Below, in pieces: positions 34,661-41,397 of a DNA stretch of 64,000 nucleotides. The DNA comes from Candidatus Sysuimicrobium tengchongense. Its GTDB lineage: Bacteria; Sysuimicrobiota; Sysuimicrobiia; Sysuimicrobiales; Sysuimicrobiaceae. Made by a program: the position numbers and the translations under genes. Each line of letters opens with the position of its first letter. Position 1 is the stretch's first letter. The notes below the pieces were generated by a model. That model was not told the origin of the DNA, ran no database searches, and saw only the letters and a list, made by a program, of their open reading frames with translations. The stretch spans positions 469,738-533,737 of the forward strand of contig JAVKGW010000001.1 of assembly GCA_031460175.1 (NCBI GenBank), in the 5' to 3' direction.

Positions 34661-35971
34661 CTATGCTCCGCCCACGGGCAGGCGGGCGAGCACCGTGGTC
34701 CCGACCCCCGGTACGGAGAGGATCTGCACCGCCCCCCCCACCAGTTCCGCCCGCTCCCGCATCCCCGCGAGCCCGAAGCTGCGACGGTCTACCTCCTCGG
34801 GATCGAAGCCCACCCCGTCGTCCCGCACCATCACCAGGAGCATCTCTCCTCGCCGGTCCAGCCGCACCCGCACCTCCCGGGCCCGGGCGTGGCGGAGGAC
34901 GTTGGTGAGGGCCTCCTGCACGATGCGGAAGGCCACGGTCTCCACGTCCGGGGGAAGCCGGTTGTTCAGCCCATGGATCTCCACGTGGGCCGCAAGACCG
35001 GCGGGGATCACGTACGTGTCCACGTACCACCGGACCGCGGGCCCCAGGCCCAGGTCGTCCAGCACCGCGGGCCGCAGCTCGTGCACGAGCCGGCGCAGGT
35101 CGTCCAATCCCTCCTGGGCCACCTCGTGCAGGCGGTGGAGGGCCGGCGCGAGGGGGTTTTCGGTGGCCTCCGCCTGGGCCGCCAGCTGGCTGAGCTGGAT
35201 GATGAGGGCGGTCATGATCTGACCCGCGTGGTCGTGCAGGTCCCGGGCGATGCGGCGGCGCTCCTCCTCCTGAGCCACGAGCAACCGCTGCAGCAGTTCC
35301 CGCCGCACCCGTTCCTGTTCCCGCACCTGGTCGAACAGCTTCGCCCGCTGGATGGTGACCGCCAGCTCATGCCCGATGGCCTCCAGCATGTCGAGCTCCT
35401 GTTCGCTGAAGGTGCGCCCGGGTGGGAGCAGGAGGTTGAGGATCCCCACGGTCTCGTCCTGGGCCACGAGGGGGACGGAGGCATGACGATGGCGTTCAGG
35501 GGCATGAGGCAGGGCCTGCTCCAGGCGGAGGCACTCGATGACGCTCACGGGCTCCCGTAGCGTGCCCTCCCGCAGTTGCGTGAGGCACCGGCAGTCTCCG
35601 GTCATTCGGCGCTTGCCGGCCACCGCGAGGGGGGCGGGAAGGTTGACGTCCGCGGCCAGGTAGAACTCCCCGGGGTTGGGACCGTGGAGGAAGATCCAGC
35701 CCGCCTCCACGTCCAGGAGCTCCAGGATGCGGCGCAAGGCCGCGTCCAGGGCTTCCCGGAGCGTATAGGAACGGTTCAGGGTCTCCGCGATGCTGCGAAA
35801 AATGGCCACCTGACGGGCCGTCTCCACCCGGGCCTCCGGTCCGATCCTTCCCTCCCCATGATGGTACCGGAGAATGCCGCCCTGTGGGGAATCCCCAAGC
35901 CCCTGCCCGGGGTGGGACCGGGGGGTCGCCTCAGGAGAGCGACCGGGCGCTAGCGGGGAACGAACCGCCAC
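34661..35971 (-). CDS. GAF-sensor histidine kinase (HisKA_3 + HATPase_c, NarL-partner type)
   Basis: GAF region (LDVEAGWIFLH...VPLVAQDETVGILNL). H-box RRRIARDLHDHAGQ. N/G boxes (QEALTNVLRHA, DDGVGFD, GLAGMRERAELVGG). Confidence 0.85.
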   Translation of the reverse strand: MAVRSPLAPGRSPEATPRSHPGQGLGDSPQGGILRYHHGEGRIGPEARVETARQVAIFRSIAETLNRSYTLREALDAALRRILELLDVEAGWIFLHGPNPGEFYLAADVNLPAPLAVAGKRRMTGDCRCLTQLREGTLREPVSVIECLRLEQALPHAPERHRHASVPLVAQDETVGILNLLLPPGRTFSEQELDMLEAIGHELAVTIQRAKLFDQVREQERVRRELLQRLLVAQEEERRRIARDLHDHAGQIMTALIIQLSQLAAQAEATENPLAPALHRLHEVAQEGLDDLRRLVHELRPAVLDDLGLGPAVRWYVDTYVIPAGLAAHVEIHGLNNRLPPDVETVAFRIVQEALTNVLRHARAREVRVRLDRRGEMLLVMVRDDGVGFDPEEVDRRSFGLAGMRERAELVGGAVQILSVPGVGTTVLARLPVGGA

Positions 35972-36675
35972 GGGTCCCCTGGCCAGGACTCCATGCGGAC
36001 CTGCCGGTCGTCGAAGCGGTAGGTGAGGCGGCTTTCCACGCGGACGACGCCGTCGATGGTGGCTACCCAGCGTTCGGCGAGTTCCTTATCGGAGCGGCGT
36101 TCCACCTCTCCCTCGAGGGTGACCACGCCCTCATGGACCTCGATGCGGAGGCGGGTGGGGTCGATCCAGAGTTCTTCGAGGAAGGCTCTGCGGACGGCCT
36201 CCAGGAGTTCGTGGTCGGGTCTGGTGAGGGCTTTGAGGACGTCTGCGCGGCTGAGGATGCCGACGACCTGGCCGTCTCGGACCACGGGGAGGCGGTTGAT
36301 GCGGTGGCGGGTCATGAGGGCGGCGGCCTCGCGGAGGGGGGTATTTTCGGTGATGGTGATGACCGGGGAGGTCATGAGGTCGCGGGCCAGGAGGCCCTCG
36401 GACTTCCGCTCGGCGTGTGCGAGTTGGCCTCTGCGGAGGAGGCGGAGGAGGCCTCCTTCCTCTGGGGATTCGGGGAGCTCCTTGTAGAGGAGGTCGGCCT
36501 CGGTGAGGATGCCCACGAGCGTACCGTGTTCGTCCACCACGGGGACGCCGCTGATGTGGTGGGTGAGGAGGAGGCGGGCCACCTCCTTGATGGGGGTATC
36601 GGGCCGGACGGTGACCACGGGAGAGGTCATCACATCCCGGGCCACGAGCCGGATGGGCGGACGGGCGACCTTCAT
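35950..36675 (-). CDS. CBS-pair + BON domain protein (paralogue B of the duplicated pair)
   Basis: Identical to 32970-33656 over the repeat. Unique N-terminus (MKVARPPIR) and C-terminal extension (QVRMESWPGDPWRFVPR). Confidence 0.85.
   Translation of the reverse strand: MKVARPPIRLVARDVMTSPVVTVRPDTPIKEVARLLLTHHISGVPVVDEHGTLVGILTEADLLYKELPESPEEGGLLRLLRRGQLAHAERKSEGLLARDLMTSPVITITENTPLREAAALMTRHRINRLPVVRDGQVVGILSRADVLKALTRPDHELLEAVRRAFLEELWIDPTRLRIEVHEGVVTLEGEVERRSDKELAERWVATIDGVVRVESRLTYRFDDRQVRMESWPGDPWRFVPR
36005..36645. repeat. 641-bp direct repeat, copy 2
   Basis: See copy 1 (32980-33620). Confidence 0.9.
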
Positions 36676-36690
36676 GGCCTCACCTCCTCC

Positions 36691-37260
36691 CTAGCTCGTC
36701 TGCTCCGCAGGCCGGAACACGCGCCCGGGCCTCCACGGGGTCCCGAGGGCGGGCAGGAGCCAGTAGTCCAGGCCGTAATATCCGGCCACCTTCCACGCGA
36801 GGATGAGCAGGATGGAGACGAGGAACATCATGGGGTTGGTGCTGGCCGTCCCCGCCATCATGAAGTTCCAGTTCATGAAGGCCCCGAAGAAGGCCGCAAT
36901 TCCGGTGAACACGCCCAGCACGAGGGCGATGCCGACCACCAGTTCGCCATACGCGATGAGCTTGCCGAAGAAGCCCTCCGCACCGATGCTCAGCAGCCAC
37001 GCGAGGAAGTCCCGGTACCAGTCAAAAGCCACGGGCGGCCGGGCCGGCGGAGGAGGGATCTGGATGGCCCGCTCCCAGAACCCGCGCACCGCGGCTCCGG
37101 TCACCACCCAGTCCGGGTTCGTGATCTTGTGCAGGGAGGCCTCGATCCACTCATAGCCCAACCACAGCCGCAACAGCAGCCAAACCCACGCGAACCGGGT
37201 GCTGTTCAGGAGTGCCCGGACGAAGGGTGGATCCTCGAAGTACTGGGGATTCCGTGCCAT
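36691..37260 (-). CDS. DoxX/DoxD-like membrane protein
   Basis: RFAWVWLLLRLWLGYEWIEAS..., GELVVGIALVLGVFTGIAAFFGAFMNWNF is typical DoxX. ATG 37260 is spaced 6 nt from GGAGGTG. Confidence 0.65.
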   Translation of the reverse strand: MARNPQYFEDPPFVRALLNSTRFAWVWLLLRLWLGYEWIEASLHKITNPDWVVTGAAVRGFWERAIQIPPPPARPPVAFDWYRDFLAWLLSIGAEGFFGKLIAYGELVVGIALVLGVFTGIAAFFGAFMNWNFMMAGTASTNPMMFLVSILLILAWKVAGYYGLDYWLLPALGTPWRPGRVFRPAEQTS

Positions 37261-37502
37261 CTCCATCACCTCCGGCTCCAGCCTACTTCGGGCGGCGTCT
37301 CCGCGGGATCCGTCCGGGGTCCGATTTCCGGGTCGGGGGGCGACCGGAGGGAAGCGGGGTGGGGAGCGGGGGAAGAATCGAGGCCGTGCGATTCGCATCG
37401 GGCTCGGATCGGATCCCGCATCCGGCCTGGGCCCGATGGACCGCAGGACAACGCAGGCCTACGCTTTTGTTTGGGTCGCTCAGACGGCACACGGAGGGGA
37501 GA

Positions 37503-37916
37503 ATGGAAGCGCTTGACCGCGTCCTCATCCGCTACACCTGGTTTGTGGCGCTCCTCACCCTGGCCGGCGTGGTGGCGGTGGCGATACAGCTCGGTGCCCA
37601 GCGGACCACGGGGGGCGCTCTTCCCACCCCTGAGCCCGCCCCCGCGGTCCAGCGTGTGGAGGTGACCTTGCGGGAGTTCAAGTTCGAGCCCGCGCGGTTG
37701 GAGGTGCCCGCGGGCCGGATGGTGCTCGTGGTCCGCAACGAGGGCCTGATCCCCCATGATCTCTCCATCCCGGGCCTCGGGAAGAAGACGGAGTACATCG
37801 CGCCCAAGAAGGAGGCGACCCTGGAGCTCGAGCTGCGGCCGGGCACGTACCCCTTTGAGTGCACGGTGAGCGGGCACAGGGAGGCGGGGATGCACGGGAC
37901 GCTGGTGGTGCGGTAA
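37503..37916 (+). CDS. membrane-anchored cupredoxin (type-1 copper, plastocyanin/azurin-like)
   Basis: TM anchor, then a FKFEP..L.VPAG beta-sandwich. Ligand pattern H (IPHDL) ... C-x4-H-x4-M (CTVSGHREAGM). Confidence 0.7.
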   Translation: MEALDRVLIRYTWFVALLTLAGVVAVAIQLGAQRTTGGALPTPEPAPAVQRVEVTLREFKFEPARLEVPAGRMVLVVRNEGLIPHDLSIPGLGKKTEYIAPKKEATLELELRPGTYPFECTVSGHREAGMHGTLVVR

Positions 37917-37929
37917 TGAGGAGGAAACC

Positions 37930-39084
37930 ATGCAACGAGTGGTGATCCTGGGAGGGGGAAGCGGAGGGGTCGTGGCCGCCAAACGGCTCGCGGACTGGTC
38001 CCGGCCGGGGGAAGTAGAGGTGGTGCTCATAGACCGCAATCCTTGGCACGAGTACCGGCCCAGCTACCTGTGGGTGATGACCGGGAAGCGCGAGCCGGAC
38101 GCGGTGCGGCGCCCGTTGAAGCTGCTGGAGGCGCGGCACGGCACCCGGGTGGTCCAGGCCACGGTGACCCGCATCGACCCGGATGCCCGTTCGGTGGAGA
38201 CGGATGCGGGGAGCTTCACGTACGACTTCCTCATCGTGGCCCTGGGCGCGGTGCTGCGGGAGGACCCTCGCACGCAGGGGTCCGAAGGGCCATGGGAGCT
38301 GGAGCACGCGGTGCGGCTGCGGGAGCGACTGCGGAATTTCCGCGGCGGGCACGTGGTGGTGGGCCCTGTGGAGTGGCCCTACCGGTGTCCACCCGCGCCC
38401 TTCGAGGTGGCCTTCCTGCTGCGGTACCTCGCGGACCAGCGCCACATCTCCGACCGCACCCGCATCACCGTGATCCACCCCTGGCAGCAGCCCATGGAGG
38501 CCTTCGGTCCCCTGATGGTGGAGGGATTCTGTAGGTTTTTAGAGCAGTTCCGGGTGGAGTTCCAGGGTGGGTTCCAGCTCGCGGAGCACGATCCCGACAG
38601 CCGCGGGCTGCGTGCGTCGGACGGCCGGGCCCTGGAGTACGACCTGGCCATCCTGATTCCGCCGCATGCGCCGCCCGATCCCGTACGCACCTCTCCCCTC
38701 GCGGGTCCCGGGGGCTACATGGACGTCACGCTGCCGAGCATGGCCTCGCCGCGTTATCCTGAAGTATTCGGGATCGGCGATGTGGTGGCTCCCACCATCG
38801 GGCTGGGCATGGCCGGGGTGTTCGCCCACTTCCAGGCGGATCACGTGGCAAGCCAGATCCTCGACCGCATCCGGGGTGCCTACCTAGGCGAGCTGTACAA
38901 CATGGTGGGGGTGTGCGTGATGGACACGGGATACATGGGGGCTGCGGTGTGGTGTGACTTCACGGATAAGCTGTACGGTCGCTCCCCGTATCCGGACTGC
39001 CGGCTGCTGGGAGGGATGCGCCTATTTCGGGCGGTGAAGGTGGGGTTCGAGCGCATGTGGTTTGCGAGCCTGTTCGGCGCGTAG
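37930..39084 (+). CDS. FAD-dependent pyridine-nucleotide-disulfide oxidoreductase, sulfide:quinone oxidoreductase/NDH-2-like
   Basis: VVILGGGSGGVVAA dinucleotide fold. Length and context (DoxX, DUF1641, DUF2892) fit the SQR-like family. Confidence 0.7.
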   Translation: MQRVVILGGGSGGVVAAKRLADWSRPGEVEVVLIDRNPWHEYRPSYLWVMTGKREPDAVRRPLKLLEARHGTRVVQATVTRIDPDARSVETDAGSFTYDFLIVALGAVLREDPRTQGSEGPWELEHAVRLRERLRNFRGGHVVVGPVEWPYRCPPAPFEVAFLLRYLADQRHISDRTRITVIHPWQQPMEAFGPLMVEGFCRFLEQFRVEFQGGFQLAEHDPDSRGLRASDGRALEYDLAILIPPHAPPDPVRTSPLAGPGGYMDVTLPSMASPRYPEVFGIGDVVAPTIGLGMAGVFAHFQADHVASQILDRIRGAYLGELYNMVGVCVMDTGYMGAAVWCDFTDKLYGRSPYPDCRLLGGMRLFRAVKVGFERMWFASLFGA

Positions 39085-39094
39085 GAGGACTCGG

Positions 39095-39532
39095 ATGGAG
39101 GAATCTCGGGTGCAGGTTTTGGACCGGATGCTGGAGAAGCTCGGCGAGCACGCGGACGCGGTGGTGCAGTTTTTGGAGGTCCTCGGAAAACTTCACCGCA
39201 CGGGACTCTTGGCCGTGGTGGATGGAGTCCTGGAGGAGTTCGACGAGGTCTTCAACGCGGCCACCCGGCCCGAGCTCATGACCATGGTGGCCAACCTCAT
39301 GATGCTGCTGGGTGCGGTGGGGCAGGTGCGCTACGAGCCCTTCTTCCGGGCAGCCATGCACGCCCCGCAAGCGGTGAACGAGAAGCTGGACACGCTGGTG
39401 GGACGGTCCCGACCTCTGCGCCTGATGGAAGCCTGGGACCTGCTGCGCAGTCCCGAGGTGGCCGCGGCTTTGGAGGTCCTGGTGACGGCCCTGCGGGCCA
39501 TGCGGCCACCGGTTCAGGAAGGAGGGAGGTGA
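39095..39532 (+). CDS. DUF1641 protein
   Basis: LLAVVDGVLEEFDEVFNAATRPELMTMVANLMMLLGAVG is the characteristic DUF1641 core. Usual partner of SQR/NDH-like genes. Confidence 0.65.
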   Translation: MEESRVQVLDRMLEKLGEHADAVVQFLEVLGKLHRTGLLAVVDGVLEEFDEVFNAATRPELMTMVANLMMLLGAVGQVRYEPFFRAAMHAPQAVNEKLDTLVGRSRPLRLMEAWDLLRSPEVAAALEVLVTALRAMRPPVQEGGR

Positions 39533-39538
39533 ACGAGG

Positions 39539-39751
39539 ATGCGGAACGTGGGGCGTGTGGATCGGATCCTCCGAGCCGTCCTGGGCGTAGTCCTTGCGAT
39601 CCTGGCCTTCCGCACGACAGGCGTCTGGGTCTGGATCGCCGGGTTCGCGGCCGCGGTGGCGCTGCTCACCGCGGCGGTGGGCTACTGCCCCCTCTATGGA
39701 CTCCTGGGCATCCGGACCTGCCCGGCGGAGACACCTCGGGCCACGGGTTAG
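39539..39751 (+). CDS. DUF2892 (YgaP-like) small membrane protein
   Basis: N.GR.DR.LR...G..L and the C-terminal GYCPLYGLLGI motif. Confidence 0.7.
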   Translation: MRNVGRVDRILRAVLGVVLAILAFRTTGVWVWIAGFAAAVALLTAAVGYCPLYGLLGIRTCPAETPRATG

Positions 39752-39769
39752 GGATCGGGCACGGCGCCG

Positions 39770-40228
39770 CTATCCGAGGGGCGGTCCCACGATCTCGATC
39801 CCGAACCGGCGTGCGGTCTCCATGAGTGCCTCTGCGGCCTCCGGGGTGGGGGGCCCGGACGGAGGCGGCAGTTCAGGACGCGGGGCGGGCCGCGCCATCG
39901 CCCGCACGAAGTTCTCGAAGTCCCGCTGCGCGGTGACCGTGAGCCACCGCGCGCCGTCGGGCGACTCGACCCGGTAGGTGTGCGCGATGCCCTTGGGCGC
40001 GAGCAGAACCTGTCCGGCACCTACCGTCCGATCCTCCCCGCCCACGTGTAAGCGGAGGGCCCCTTCCAGGATGCAGAAGACCTCGTCCTCGGTGTGGTGC
40101 ACGTGCAGGGGTGGGGAGTCCCCTGCAGGGGCCCGGTGCTCAAGGACCGAGATGTGGTCGGCGTTCTCCGCCCAGCTGACCCGCACGGTAACCAGGGTGT
40201 CCAAAAACCACAGGGAGTCGGTTGTCAT
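39770..40228 (-). CDS. cupin domain protein
   Basis: PLHVHHTEDEVFCILEGAL...G..LLAPKGIAHTY is the two-motif cupin signature. ATG 40228 follows GGAGGT. Confidence 0.8.
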   Translation of the reverse strand: MTTDSLWFLDTLVTVRVSWAENADHISVLEHRAPAGDSPPLHVHHTEDEVFCILEGALRLHVGGEDRTVGAGQVLLAPKGIAHTYRVESPDGARWLTVTAQRDFENFVRAMARPAPRPELPPPSGPPTPEAAEALMETARRFGIEIVGPPLG

Positions 40229-40494
40229 CGGTGACCTCCACTGTCTTGTGTACAGCCAGAGGTGAAACTAAACCCACCGCCGCACCGGCCGAATCCCCAG
40301 GAATCAGTATTCGGGTGAGGATTTGACGGGCGGTCCCGGCGCCGGCGCGGTGAGGAGTCCCCAGGCCATCTACCGGTCGGATCGCCTCGGTGGTGGCGGG
40401 CGCCGGATCCGGGTGCGGCAGGAGCAGGAATCCCTGAGCGCAAGCCGGGGCGGCTGCCCGGATCCGGCGGGCTGGAAACGCCCCAGGGTACCGT

Positions 40495-40785
40495 TTGCGC
40501 CCGGTGACGGACGAGGAGCTGCTGCCGCTTTCGGAGCGCAACCCAGGCTACCAGCTCGAGCGCACCGCGGACGGGAGGCTGGTGGTGAGTCCCACGGCGT
40601 GCGTACCTCCGGAACGGCGCACGAATCGGGGTCCTGATCGATCCGTATGCCCGCACCGGGGAGGTGTACCGGCCCGCGGGGGAGCCCGAACGGTACGTGG
40701 CCCGCGTCCTGCTCCTCGCGGGCGACGGGGTCCCTCCGGCTGGCAGACCTATTGGGGTTGACGGGCTCCTACGCGCGAGGACGGG
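40495..40785 (+). pseudogene. Uma2-family (DUF820) endonuclease remnant
   Basis: N-terminus PVTDEELLPLSERNPGYQLERTADGRLVVSP. The C-terminal piece lies in another frame: GVLIDPYARTGEVYRPAGEPERY...LAGDGV. The middle (catalytic) part is missing. Confidence 0.5.
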
Positions 40786-41119
40786 ACGTCCAGATCCAGA
40801 CGACAAGCACCAGGTTGATTACGATGGGAGGCAGAACGGTGCGTGCCGTGTAGGCCCCCGTGAGCCAGAAATAGAGGAGGTCCACCGTCGTCAGCAGCAG
40901 TCCTCCCGCGAAGACCCAGGCCAGGCGGCCATACCGCTCGGTGTCCTGGGACGCCAGGAAGGCCAGCGTCCCGATCACGATCAGCGAGCTCCCCCAGCCG
41001 GAAGTGACGGCGGGGTCCTTGATCGGGTAGGCGAACACCGCGGCACCGATGGACGGGAAGAACAGTACGATGCCCGCCAGCGCGGTCCACACGCCGTTCA
41101 CCAGGAGTGCTGTACGCAC
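40769..41119 (-). CDS. small 4-TM membrane protein, unknown function
   Basis: Four clean hydrophobic helices. GTG 41119 lies 5 nt after GGAGGTG. Confidence 0.5.
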   Translation of the reverse strand: MRTALLVNGVWTALAGIVLFFPSIGAAVFAYPIKDPAVTSGWGSSLIVIGTLAFLASQDTERYGRLAWVFAGGLLLTTVDLLYFWLTGAYTARTVLPPIVINLVLVVWIWTSRPRA

Positions 41120-41397
41120 GGGTGCACCTCCTCATGACCCTCGTGCAATCTCAACCGAGATTGGTCTTGGCGCACTTCGCCCCGGCGTCGGCCACCAGGA
41201 ATGTGCCGTCCTCATAGTGACAGGCCGCTCCAACTGAGCCGTACCGCGCGCCTTCTAGCGGTGGCGTTGCCGGTTTCTCGGACTCGATGGCCACGAGGCT
41301 CCAGGCGTCGCTTTGTATCGTAAGGCTGCCGGGCCGCAGGCGGCATCACGAGGATTCAGTATTTGGCGGGTGTCCTGTGCCGCCCCGACCGGAACTC

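Noticed and set aside
40297-41365. Similar about 20-nt motif AGGA(A/T)TCAGTATT(C/T)GG..GGTG at 40299-40320 and 41350-41373, possibly flanking a small insert that contains the Uma2 remnant and a membrane gene.
   Set aside because: There are only two imperfect copies, with no terminal inverted or direct repeat logic and no mobility gene. It cannot be distinguished from chance or a shared regulatory half-site by eye.
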